From Microcoleaceae cyanobacterium (lineage in GTDB: Bacteria; Cyanobacteriota; Cyanobacteriia; Cyanobacteriales; Microcoleaceae): 49,109 nucleotides of DNA. This document shows, one piece after another, positions 32,276 to 40,611 of this stretch; the stretch's first letter is position 1, and each line of letters starts with the position of its first letter. The position numbers and the translations under genes were made by a program. The notes under the pieces are model-generated. The model did no database searches and had not been told where the DNA came from. It saw only the letters and a list, made by a program, of their open reading frames with translations. The stretch covers positions 1 through 49,109 of the forward strand of contig JBOFUV010000017.1 of assembly GCA_051652765.1 (NCBI GenBank), given 5' to 3'.

Positions 32276-32331
32276 TGAAGTAATATTTCACGAGTAATAT
32301 TGCACGCTAAGAGTTCTGAATTTTCCGTCCA

Positions 32332-32952
32332 TTGTTTTCTGTACTTAATTTAGTTTCATCCATGCTTTCAGCCATTGACCTTAACGATTTGTTGTGGCCG
32401 CATCTCTATTTCAGTGCGTTCTTTCCTGCCCTTGACAGCCTGTTCTCCACTCAGGGGGTCATGGTGATGCTGCTGGCTGCCTATGCAGGGGCCATGTGGC
32501 TGTTCCTCACCAGTGCTCCCAAGGTGCATACAGTTATGGTGACGGACTTGGACATTGCACGACAGTTTTACGAAGGGGTGTTGGATATGACCGTTGCTGA
32601 TATTCCTTTGCACTATTATTACAACTACGAGCAAACCCTAGGAGCGACAGGAGTTGACCCTCTCTATTTATCAGCTCCCATGGGAAGCAGTGCGATCACA
32701 GATCACAATGTTCCTGATGGTCTTTGGTATCAATTGATGAAAAATACCCAGCTCCATGTCATCAGTGGGGCTAGCCCGACCGCCCGCGATCGCCATCGTC
32801 ATGTCTGCTTTGACCGGGATTGTTTGGAGAAGATCTTGCTGCGGGTTCAAACCTGTGGTGTGAAGTTCAAAATCCGCAGCGAAAAACCCTTGAATTTTTT
32901 GGTCAAGGATCTAGAGGGCCGCGTTATTGAGCTAGCTGAAATGAAGAACTAG
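32332..32952 (+). CDS. Glyoxalase/VOC-like domain protein (start uncertain)
   Basis: HTVMV.DL..A..FYEGVL, QLHVI, RHVCF, VKD.EGRVIE. Confidence 0.8.
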   Translation: MFSVLNLVSSMLSAIDLNDLLWPHLYFSAFFPALDSLFSTQGVMVMLLAAYAGAMWLFLTSAPKVHTVMVTDLDIARQFYEGVLDMTVADIPLHYYYNYEQTLGATGVDPLYLSAPMGSSAITDHNVPDGLWYQLMKNTQLHVISGASPTARDRHRHVCFDRDCLEKILLRVQTCGVKFKIRSEKPLNFLVKDLEGRVIELAEMKN

Positions 32953-33329
32953 TGGGTCTCTAGCTGTTTTGAGCCAAATCCGTGCCTAATTAACTCAAAA
33001 AATGATCCCCAAAAAGTTAACCTAAAAAAAAAGACAGCTCAGTGAAGTGCTTGAGCTGCTAGAGGCACATTACAAACTATTGCTCTAGTTCAGGGAACAA
33101 AGCAAAACTTTATTTTTTGCATTGGGTTGAAATGATTTGCAATCAATCCAGCTTGGTTGGGTTAGCTGAGCAGTGTGCTTTTTTCTCACTCTCAACCGTT
33201 CTATTTTCCCTAAAAACCTCTATTAAGCAAGTGATACTTATCAGTGAGGCCAGTGAGATTTATCGCAGAACCCCGTGAGAAAGATCTCAATCCATTGTGA
33301 TCTGGACTTGCATTCTAAGTGATATGTGA

Positions 33330-34226
33330 TCATTTGAGGTGATTCATCAGAAATGTAACCGTTCGCATCCAGGCATCCTCTGCAGCCTCTCGGTTGTAAC
33401 GTGTGCCAGAAGGGTTGGCGAAACCGTGATCGGCATTGGGATAAACTTTGACCTCAACGGACTTGCCCAATCCGTTCAACGCCGCTTCAAACTGACGTAC
33501 GGTCGCAACGGCAGGATTTTGATCGAGTTCCCCAAAAATGCCCAGAATAGGCATATCTAAGGCTTTCAGCTTCTCTGGATTTGTTTCAATTCCCCCGCCG
33601 TAATAAATAACTGCAGCATCCAATTGACGCGGAAACAAAAGGGCTGTATTCAATGACCAAGTCCCGCCTAAACACCAGCCAATACTAGCAATTTTAGGAG
33701 CTTTTTCTTGCCGTTCTAAGTATTGATAAGCTTGCCTTAAATTGTCTTTTAGACTCTCAGGATTTTTCTGAGCCGCCATCAATAACTCCTTGGCTTTTTC
33801 CGGCGTTTCTGCAACTTTTCCACCATACAAATCAACTGCCAAAGCAGCATATCCTTCTGCGGCTAACCGCTCAGTCATCATTCGGATATTGTCATTCAAA
33901 CCCCACCATTCATGGATTACGATTAAAGCGGGTAACGGTTGCTCCGTTTGGGTTGCCCGAGCCAAATACCCATTCATCAGGGTTCCATTTGAACTGCCAT
34001 AGGAAACCGCTTCGGCTTCAACCGGGCCTGGTTCATTCGTGACGATTTGATCTGATATTTTTGTCAGCATCGGGGAAATAACAGGGCGATCGCGCTGATG
34101 AGCCGTCCAAGTCTGATTCACGTCTTGGAGTGGCATTTCTTGAGAAACAACTCGGTTCGGGTACTGAGTTCCCCAAATCATTGCTCCGAATAAAACGGCT
34201 AACGCGAGTCCAATAAACTTCTGCAT
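33330..34226 (-). CDS. Dienelactone hydrolase family protein; ATG at 34226 preferred
   Basis: VIHEWWGLN, GWCLGG nucleophile elbow, YYG, GELD, A.HGF.NP; signal peptide after MQK. Confidence 0.92.
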   Translation of the reverse strand: MQKFIGLALAVLFGAMIWGTQYPNRVVSQEMPLQDVNQTWTAHQRDRPVISPMLTKISDQIVTNEPGPVEAEAVSYGSSNGTLMNGYLARATQTEQPLPALIVIHEWWGLNDNIRMMTERLAAEGYAALAVDLYGGKVAETPEKAKELLMAAQKNPESLKDNLRQAYQYLERQEKAPKIASIGWCLGGTWSLNTALLFPRQLDAAVIYYGGGIETNPEKLKALDMPILGIFGELDQNPAVATVRQFEAALNGLGKSVEVKVYPNADHGFANPSGTRYNREAAEDAWMRTVTFLMNHLK

Positions 34227-34279
34227 CAAATCAAGGCTCCTAACGAACAACAATGCACCTACAGTGGTTTTTAAATTAG

Positions 34280-34380
34280 TGAGATCAACGCGGGTTTGGT
34301 CTGAGATCAATGCGGGTACGAAGCACGATCAACTTGATCTGAGTGTGAGATCAGTGTAGGTTCGATGAGCAATCAATCTG
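34280..34380. repeat. Degenerate 22-bp tandem repeat (TGAGATCAAYGCGGGT...)
   Basis: Units at 34280, 34302, 34324, 34346 and weakly 34368. Confidence 0.55.
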
Positions 34381-34421
34381 AACTTAAGCGTAACCCACTC
34401 AGGATCTATTCAACTATTGAG

Positions 34422-34505
34422 CTAGAAATAGCTTCTTCTATCATAGTGTTTGAGTTGAATCACGTCGCGCACCTGATCCAGTAGCTTTTTGGGGCGTTGT
34501 TCCAT
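34422..34505 (-). pseudogene. intI: Integron integrase 5' remnant (27 codons)
   Basis: Translates MEQRPKKLLDQVRDVIQLKHYDRRSYF*; the first 21 aa match the IntI N-terminal pattern (KLLDQVR..IR.KHYS..TE..Y); divergent from the cassette array. Confidence 0.85.
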
Positions 34506-34511
34506 TTGGGG

Positions 34512-34734
34512 TTTATACAGAAAATTGCAAGGTAATCCTCCGAATAAATCGATATTAGGCCGAACATTGCTGTGTTTCATCGTGAGGATATACGGAAAGT
34601 TTCAGGATAATCCTCAAATTTAGGATGTATACCCAGAAAGTTTCAGTATAATTACAGCATTAGGGTGGATTATATGGAAAGTTTCAGGGTAATCATCCCA
34701 AAAGCGTTGGTTATGCAGAAAATTTCAATATAAT
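34512..34734. repeat. Five 25-bp symmetric repeats, NTTA-N4-GAAA-R-TTTC-N4-TAAT
   Basis: Copies at 34512-34536, 34587-34611, 34628-34652, 34669-34693, 34710-34734; last four at an exact 41-bp period. Confidence 0.9.
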
Positions 34735-34746
34735 AACTAGTTATGC
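34728..34746 (+). other. Putative attI recombination site
   Basis: ATATAAT-AACTA-GTTATGC: L-like box, 5-bp spacer, R box; GTTATGCGGCT (34740-34750) is the exact reverse complement of AGCCGCATAAC at the first attC; no attC hairpin upstream. Confidence 0.8.
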
Positions 34747-34913
34747 GGCTTCGGTTATCGGTAAGGACGGTTTTTGAAAATCATCGATTGAGACAATCGG
34801 TGACAGAGCAAGATTCCGATAAAATCCAGCAAGAATTGTCTACAAGTTTGAAAGCTAGCTGAACTAGAATTTAGAGAGTAATTTCAAAGTGCTGTAACTT
34901 AGGAGCGCAAAGT

Positions 34914-35666
34914 ATGAGTTCAATGGCTGGTAAGGTTGCAATTGTGACAGGCGCAAGTTCGGGTATTGGTCGTGCCACCGCGATTGCATTTGGCAAAGCT
35001 GGAGCAAAAGTGGTGGTAGTGGCTCGCCGTGCAGACAAGGGAGAAGAAACCGTTCAACTTGTCAAAGAAGCAGGTGGCGAAGCGGTATTTGTTCAAGCAG
35101 ATGTCACGAAAGCGTCTGATATCGAAGAAATGGTCAAAAAGACAGTTGAAACCTATGGTCGCCTCGATTATGCATTTAACAACGCTGGTTCTGGAACCTC
35201 TGGCAAAATTGCTGACTTGTCGGAAACTGATTGGGATTTTGAGATTAATGCAAATCTCAAGTCGGTTTGGTTGTCAATGAAGTACGAAATTCCTGCAATG
35301 CAGCAATCAGGAGGTGGCGCGATCGTGAGTACCTCTTCTCAAGGCGCACTTCTTGGCGTTGCAAATTATGGAGCTTATGGGGCAGCAAAGGCTGGAGTGA
35401 TCGCTCTGTCTCGTGCAGCAGCGGCTGAGTATTCTGCTGACCGAATTCGGATCAACACCGTTAGTCCTGGCGCTGTAAAAACTGATTTATGGGCAGGAGC
35501 ACCCCCTGAAATGCTCGATCAAGTTGCTGCTGGAATTCCGTTACAACGTATTGGCGTACCAGAAGATATTGCTGAGGCGGTGGTTTGGCTTTGTTCAGAT
35601 GGGGCTGCGTTTGTCACTGGGCATAACCTAGTCGTTGATGGTGGATTTACAGCCGTTCAGAAGTAG
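34914..35666 (+). CDS. Short-chain dehydrogenase/reductase (cassette 1)
   Basis: TGASSGIG, NNAG, S...YGAAK, VDGG; RBS AGGAG. Confidence 0.95.
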   Translation: MSSMAGKVAIVTGASSGIGRATAIAFGKAGAKVVVVARRADKGEETVQLVKEAGGEAVFVQADVTKASDIEEMVKKTVETYGRLDYAFNNAGSGTSGKIADLSETDWDFEINANLKSVWLSMKYEIPAMQQSGGGAIVSTSSQGALLGVANYGAYGAAKAGVIALSRAAAAEYSADRIRINTVSPGAVKTDLWAGAPPEMLDQVAAGIPLQRIGVPEDIAEAVVWLCSDGAAFVTGHNLVVDGGFTAVQK

Positions 35667-35672
35667 CCAGCC

Positions 35673-35760
35673 GCATAACAACGGCGCTGCACCGGAACGC
35701 CTCGATTTGGTTGGCTGAGTGGCAAAGATTATCTGTGTCCGGTGAGCGCGAACGTTCTAC
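35673..35760 (+). other. attC site 1 (88 bp)
   Basis: R'' GCATAAC; arms GCGCTgCACCGGA / TCCGGTGAGCGC with one unpaired base; R' GTTCTAC. Confidence 0.92.
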
Positions 35761-35942
35761 CGCTTCGTTATAGGTGGTGGCAGTAATTTGAAACCGATCG
35801 GCGGTGTTGAGATTTGTGTTATTTGAAAGCGATCTGTGAGGCACTCGTTTGAAGACGATCCGTTGGCATCTAGCGTTAAGCCATTTGAAGGCGATCTGTG
35901 AGAGCAACGTTTTGAGGTTACGGTCTACGATTGCAAGACTAA

Positions 35943-36452
35943 ATGTTGAATGAATCTAGGATGAATTACGAAGTGCGAGCTTTAACAGATCATGATGAAC
36001 CCATTGTGTGGGAGATGTTGATGTATGCAGCACAGGAACCCTCGCTTCAAGCCGTTCAAGCACAGGATTGTTTAACCCATTATGCTGCTGATTGGGGACA
36101 AACCGGAGATATGGGGTTTGTTGCTTGCACCGAGAAACAGCCAATTGGCGCAGCGTGGTTGCGATTGTGGTTGAATACTGACAAGGGATTTGGCTATGTT
36201 GAGGACTCTATTCCTGAACTTGCAATGGCGGTGATTCCTGAGTATCGCGGCAAAGGGATTGGGACTGTTTTACTGATGCAGGTTCTCAAATCCGCTCAGA
36301 TAGACTATTCTGCTGTATCGCTCAATGTTCGTTCTAACAATCCAGTAGTTGCGCTATATCAACGAGCAGGATTTGTAAAAGTGGAAGGAAGTGAAGTCAT
36401 TAATCGAACTGGTGGAATCTCTTTCAATATGATTTGTAAGTTCAATTGTTGA
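35943..36452 (+). CDS. GNAT acetyltransferase (cassette 2)
   Basis: V.PEYRGKGIG motif A, N.VV.LY.R.GF. Confidence 0.9.
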   Translation: MLNESRMNYEVRALTDHDEPIVWEMLMYAAQEPSLQAVQAQDCLTHYAADWGQTGDMGFVACTEKQPIGAAWLRLWLNTDKGFGYVEDSIPELAMAVIPEYRGKGIGTVLLMQVLKSAQIDYSAVSLNVRSNNPVVALYQRAGFVKVEGSEVINRTGGISFNMICKFNC

Positions 36453-36461
36453 GTGCCAGCG

Positions 36462-36548
36462 GTAGAACAATTCGATTGCAGCGGACGGTTAGAGTCTTTT
36501 CGTCTGTCGTTCTAGTTTACTCGTAGCCGCTGACTAGGAACGTTCGAT
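36462..36548 (+). other. attC site 2 (87 bp)
   Basis: R'' GTAGAAC; TTGCAGCGGAC...GCCGCTGA arms; R' GTTCGAT. Confidence 0.88.
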
Positions 36549-36651
36549 CGCTTCGTTTCGATTGTTAGGATGTAGCTTGAATATTATCGGTTGGAAGTTT
36601 AGCATTAGATTGCTTTAAAGATTGAGATTAGGCAGTATTTACATTTTTTAG

Positions 36652-37302
36652 ATGCAACAGCTACCAGAGGATATAGAAATAAGATTTTTCAGATTCATGT
36701 ATGGTGAAGAACCTATCAGTGAGTTTGAGCAGTGGGTTTATGCCACAAGCACTTTGGAGGAAACGCTAGGTGATGAAGATTATTTCAATTTGATTTCATT
36801 GGATTTTGCAAAGCGAGGCAGCCAATATAAACTGATTAAGATTCTAGAGCGACATATTGATGCTGGTGAGTATGAAACTTGGAAACTGAAAAATCTGTTG
36901 AATCTATTTCTTAGCCAAAAGGGAGACTTACCGCTGATGCTGTGTGAGTTTTATGAGCTTTACTGTGATAGATTTTCTTTCTTGGACACGTTAGGTCTTG
37001 GATATGGTCTGGCAATCAGAGTTCCTCCAAATGGATATAGCTCAGAATATTGGCAAGAATTAACTGATAAAGAAAAGGAGAGCCTTCTTGATTCTATCTT
37101 GCCAGATGCAATAGACGAAGCTCGAAAAGTGCTGACTTGGCTGGATGAAGGCAAAATTGTAATCACAGATGAGCAGGATGAGTTAGGTCGTTATTTGTAT
37201 CTTGACAAGAGGAGTGAGAATGAAAAAGATCCAAATTGGCAAAGGGTGCAAACATTGTCAAACAACTCCAAATCTGGATCTTGGTGGAAATTTTGGCAGT
37301 AG
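36652..37302 (+). CDS. Hypothetical protein (cassette 3)
   Basis: 216-aa acidic, AT-rich ORF filling the cassette; ends WWKFWQ. Confidence 0.8.
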   Translation: MQQLPEDIEIRFFRFMYGEEPISEFEQWVYATSTLEETLGDEDYFNLISLDFAKRGSQYKLIKILERHIDAGEYETWKLKNLLNLFLSQKGDLPLMLCEFYELYCDRFSFLDTLGLGYGLAIRVPPNGYSSEYWQELTDKEKESLLDSILPDAIDEARKVLTWLDEGKIVITDEQDELGRYLYLDKRSENEKDPNWQRVQTLSNNSKSGSWWKFWQ

Positions 37303-37308
37303 CCAGCG

Positions 37309-37397
37309 GTCGAATAATCCCGTTCCACACCGACTGTATTGAGTTTTTTCGTTAAGTTCGAGAGGTTGTCTGCTGCGGGTGAGTTCAACCGTTAGCT
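37309..37397 (+). other. attC site 3 (89 bp, degenerate)
   Basis: R'' GTCGAAT (AAC changed to AAT); imperfect arms; ends GGTGAGTTCAACC-GTTAGCT (R'). Confidence 0.75.
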
Positions 37398-37548
37398 GGC
37401 TTTGTTTCTGGGTTGGGGCGTACCAGCAAGTGATCTGTGAGATTCTTGAGCTTGAAGGATGGAGCGATCGCAAAATAGTTACACATATTGAGTGACGATT
37501 TATATTTGACAGAGCAGTATTTTTGTAAATCGACTCAACAGTTTTGAC

Positions 37549-38409
37549 ATGAAGCGATCTGCCTCCTCAGTTCCAACCTTTGACTCAATACTTCTGCCCA
37601 CAATTCAGGCTCTACAAATTTTGGGTGGGTCTGGGACAACTGAGGAGATTTATGAAAAAGTGGTGCAGCTTCTCAATGTCCCTGATAAGGTGCTTGAAAT
37701 TCTGCATGGCAGTACATCACAAAGCGAGGTTGAATACCGACTTGGGTGGAGTCGAACTTATCTGAAGAAGTATGGGCTTTTGCAAAATTCAGCACGCGGT
37801 GTATGGTCTTTAGTTTCAACTTCCATCAATCTTGATGATCTTGATTCCAAAGAGATTGTTAAGACCGTTCGAGATGCTGATAAAAATAGGGCTGCATCTT
37901 CAGATGCATCAGATGAGGCTGTTGGAGCCATGGAAGCTTTAGAAGAACTTGCATGGCATCAACAGCTTCATAAAACGTTGCTATCTTTAGATCCGTCTGC
38001 GTTTGAGCGTCTGGCACAGCGTTTACTGCGCGAGTCTGGGTTTATTCAGGTACAGGTTACGGGTAAATCTGGTGACGGTGGGATTGATGGTGTTGGGATT
38101 GCTCGTATCAACGGCTTTTTGAGCTTTCACGTTCTCTTTCAATGCAAGCGCTATCAGGGTTCAGTCACAGCAGGTCAAATTCGAGACTTTCGTGGAGCAA
38201 TGCAAGGGCGTACTGATAAGGGTTTATTTATCACAACTGGTACATTTACCAGAGACGCGATCAAAGAAGCTACACGAGATGGCGCACCACCCATTGATCT
38301 GATAGACGGTGAACAGTTAGTTCAACGCTTGAAAGAGTTGGGTCTTGGTGTCAAGATAACAATGATCGAGTCAGTTGAAATCGATATCGATTGGTTCACA
38401 AAGATTTAA
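37549..38409 (+). CDS. mrr: Mrr-family (type IV) restriction endonuclease (cassette 4)
   Basis: Mrr_N winged helix (R.GWSRTYL.K.GL....RGVW); catalytic AFERL, DGGIDG, QCKRY, FITT.TFT, LIDG..L. Confidence 0.9.
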   Translation: MKRSASSVPTFDSILLPTIQALQILGGSGTTEEIYEKVVQLLNVPDKVLEILHGSTSQSEVEYRLGWSRTYLKKYGLLQNSARGVWSLVSTSINLDDLDSKEIVKTVRDADKNRAASSDASDEAVGAMEALEELAWHQQLHKTLLSLDPSAFERLAQRLLRESGFIQVQVTGKSGDGGIDGVGIARINGFLSFHVLFQCKRYQGSVTAGQIRDFRGAMQGRTDKGLFITTGTFTRDAIKEATRDGAPPIDLIDGEQLVQRLKELGLGVKITMIESVEIDIDWFTKI

Positions 38410-38424
38410 TACAATGGAGGCTGA

Positions 38425-38667
38425 ATGGTTACAACTCTTAATAAGCCATCTTTTCTGATTCATGAAATCCGGCTTGAAAAAGTTGGCAACTGGAATCTAT
38501 TCAAATTCAGTGAGTCTCTTCAACTGCGAATGGAGAACTTTTTAGAAAAAAAGAAAGCCGATCAACTCACTCCCGACGAAATTGCGGAATTGGATGCGAT
38601 CGGAGAGTTAGATCGTATTTTTACTCATATCAACGCAATGCTCGCTGCTCAAAATGCCAATCAATGA
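38425..38667 (+). CDS. Small hypothetical protein coupled to the HNH gene (cassette 4)
   Basis: RBS GGAGG; 80 aa; LLEK-like...LTPDE.AELD helix; overlaps the HNH start by 14 nt. Confidence 0.75.
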   Translation: MVTTLNKPSFLIHEIRLEKVGNWNLFKFSESLQLRMENFLEKKKADQLTPDEIAELDAIGELDRIFTHINAMLAAQNANQ

Positions 38668-39106
38668 TGAACTCAAGCAAGCTATTCGAGAGCGTGCTAA
38701 ATATGTCTGCGAGTATTGCCATTCTTCAGAGCGGTTGAGTGCTAATCGGTTTACCGTTGATCACATCATTCCAAAATCTTTGGGTGGTTCTGATCAACTT
38801 ACTAATCTTGCACTTGCCTGCCGTCGTTGTAATGAGAGACGTTATAACTTTGTGGCTGGTATTGATCCAGAGACTCAGGAAATTGTTCCTATTTTTAATC
38901 CTCGCCAACAGAAGTGGGCGGCGCACTTTGTCTGGCTAAATCAAGGCGTTGTAATAGAAGGAACCACACCAATTGGTCGCGCAACTTGCCTTCGGCTTGA
39001 TTTAAACGATACTCGTTATCCAGAGGAAGATTCTATTCGAGAAACAAGACGGTTTTGGATAAAAACTGGGTTACACCCACCAGCAGATGATCCGAGCCAA
39101 GTTTGA
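38654..39106 (+). CDS. HNH endonuclease (cassette 4)
   Basis: CEYC, VDHIIP...GG....NLALACRRCN, FNPR...W..HF, T.IGRAT. Confidence 0.92.
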   Translation: MPINDELKQAIRERAKYVCEYCHSSERLSANRFTVDHIIPKSLGGSDQLTNLALACRRCNERRYNFVAGIDPETQEIVPIFNPRQQKWAAHFVWLNQGVVIEGTTPIGRATCLRLDLNDTRYPEEDSIRETRRFWIKTGLHPPADDPSQV

Positions 39107-39125
39107 AGTTGTGTTGCTGCCAGCC

Positions 39126-39211
39126 AGCTAACACTGCGTTGGTGCGGACGGAACAGAGGTTATCGGTGAGAATTCGAGGTTGCCTGCCGCTGCACAACTT
39201 CACCGTTAGTC
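39126..39211 (+). other. attC site 4 (86 bp)
   Basis: R'' AGCTAAC; GTTGGTGCGG...CCGCTGCACAAC arms; R' GTTAGTC. Confidence 0.9.
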
Positions 39212-39294
39212 CGCTCCGTTTTAGTCTTCAGGAAAGCAACTAACAACTACTCATTTCAAATTGGTGTTGCTGAAAGGTAGATTAGCGCACAATC

Positions 39295-39762
39295 ATGAAC
39301 ATAATTACCTACAGACTCCCGCAGCTTGGAGACGAGCATCAAATCAGTGGTTGCATGTGGGCTTCTGCGGTTCTATGGGAACTCACGGATGGCACACCAG
39401 AAAGCGTTGCCGAATGGAAAAAGATATGTAGCCCAGAAGAATTAAGAGACAGAATCTTAAGTGGTGAGAAAACGCTAGTTGCAACCTGGAATGAAATCGT
39501 TGTTGGATTTATTGCCTTTAAGAGAGGCAATCATTTGTCACTGCTGTTCGTCCGAAGAGAGTTTTCTGGGCAAGGAATCGGTCAAGAACTTTTCACCCAA
39601 TGCAGCTATGATTTGGATGAAGTTACTGTCAACGCAGCAGAAGCAGCAGTTGGTTTTTACCAGAAAGTAGGGTTTATCCAAAGCGGCGATCGCTTTTTCA
39701 AGCATGGAATATGGGGAACACCGATGAAATGGATCAACCTTTCACACGAAGTCATGGAGTAA
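39295..39762 (+). CDS. GNAT acetyltransferase (cassette 5)
   Basis: LFV..EF.GQGIG, VNA...A.GFY.K.GF. Confidence 0.9.
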   Translation: MNIITYRLPQLGDEHQISGCMWASAVLWELTDGTPESVAEWKKICSPEELRDRILSGEKTLVATWNEIVVGFIAFKRGNHLSLLFVRREFSGQGIGQELFTQCSYDLDEVTVNAAEAAVGFYQKVGFIQSGDRFFKHGIWGTPMKWINLSHEVME

Positions 39763-39766
39763 TCCG

Positions 39767-40162
39767 ATGGAGAACCTGTCACTACTGTCCACACTCCACG
39801 AGTTAGAGTGCGAACTGCATCAGCCGCAGTGCCGAGCGGATCGAGAACGCTTGGCACAGTTGCTTGCTCCTGACTTCAAGGAGTTTGGTCGATCAGGCGC
39901 TTCCTACACGCGCGAGCACACGCTGATGTCATTGCCATCAGATCCAGATCCACCGCAAATCCATGCCCAAGATTTTGTGGTCAAACCACTCTCAGCCTCG
40001 ATTGCGTTGCTCACCTATCGATCAGCTTATGTGAACCCATCGGGAGGGTTGTTCCGGCACACCAACCGATCATCGATTTGGCGGCTTGAATCATCAGGCT
40101 GGCGCATGGTGTTTCATCAGGGTACGCCTACAGACCCGTTTGACCAATCTGCAATCTTCTAA
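39767..40162 (+). CDS. NTF2-like/DUF4440-type protein (cassette 5)
   Basis: LLAPDF.EFG.SG, RSSIW....W.M.FHQGT. Confidence 0.85.
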   Translation: MENLSLLSTLHELECELHQPQCRADRERLAQLLAPDFKEFGRSGASYTREHTLMSLPSDPDPPQIHAQDFVVKPLSASIALLTYRSAYVNPSGGLFRHTNRSSIWRLESSGWRMVFHQGTPTDPFDQSAIF

Positions 40163-40176
40163 CACAGTGCGATCGC

Positions 40177-40364
40177 CCGTCCTGCGGCAAGTTGACGCTG
40201 TGCACATTGCAGCCGCCACCGTTCACGGCATGGACTACCTACTGACCTGGAATTGCAAGCACATCGCCAATGCTCAAATTCAGGGAAAGTTGGCGGAGAT
40301 CAGCCTTGATTTTGGATACGAGTTGCCAATTCTTTGTACACCCTATGAACTTCTTGGAGGTTGA
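40177..40364 (+). pseudogene. 3' remnant of a PIN-domain (VapC-like) gene
   Basis: DAVHIAAATVHGMDYLLTWNCKHIANA...PILCTP.EL is a PIN C-terminal half; N-terminal acidic motif and start are missing. Confidence 0.8.
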
Positions 40365-40588
40365 TGATGTTTCATGATGAGATTGTCGAAGAGATCCACA
40401 GAATTCGTGAAGAGTACTCTCGGTCATTCAACCATGACTTGAAAGCCATCTTTGCTGATTTGCAAAAGCAGCAAGCGGAAAGCGGAAGAGAAGTTGTGAG
40501 CTTATCGCGAAAGCCCGGTCTAACAACACGTTGGAGCGGACGGGCAGGAGACCTTGGTGGTGATGCAAAAGATACTAGCCGCCGCTGA
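40364..40588 (+). CDS. Small protein coupled to the PIN gene, possible antitoxin-like partner
   Basis: TGATG overlap, RBS GGAGG; DEIVEEIHRIREE...NHDL.AIF.DL; reads into attC5. Confidence 0.7.
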   Translation: MMFHDEIVEEIHRIREEYSRSFNHDLKAIFADLQKQQAESGREVVSLSRKPGLTTRWSGRAGDLGGDAKDTSRR

Positions 40589-40603
40589 TTTGAGCCGTTA
40601 GCT
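40518..40603 (+). other. attC site 5 (86 bp)
   Basis: R'' GTCTAAC; TTGGAGCGGACGG...CCGCCGCTGA arms; R' GTTAGCT. Confidence 0.88.
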
Positions 40604-40611
40604 GGCTTCGG

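Noticed and set aside
34587..34734. Mini-CRISPR array (regular palindromic repeats with unique spacers)
   Set aside because: Spacers are only 16 bp, the repeats differ from each other at many positions, there are no cas genes, and the intI-attI position explains them better
40086..40364. 92-aa ORF as an intact PIN toxin
   Set aside because: Its first ~30 codons are an alternative frame of the DUF4440-like gene and junction; only the C-terminal part is PIN-like
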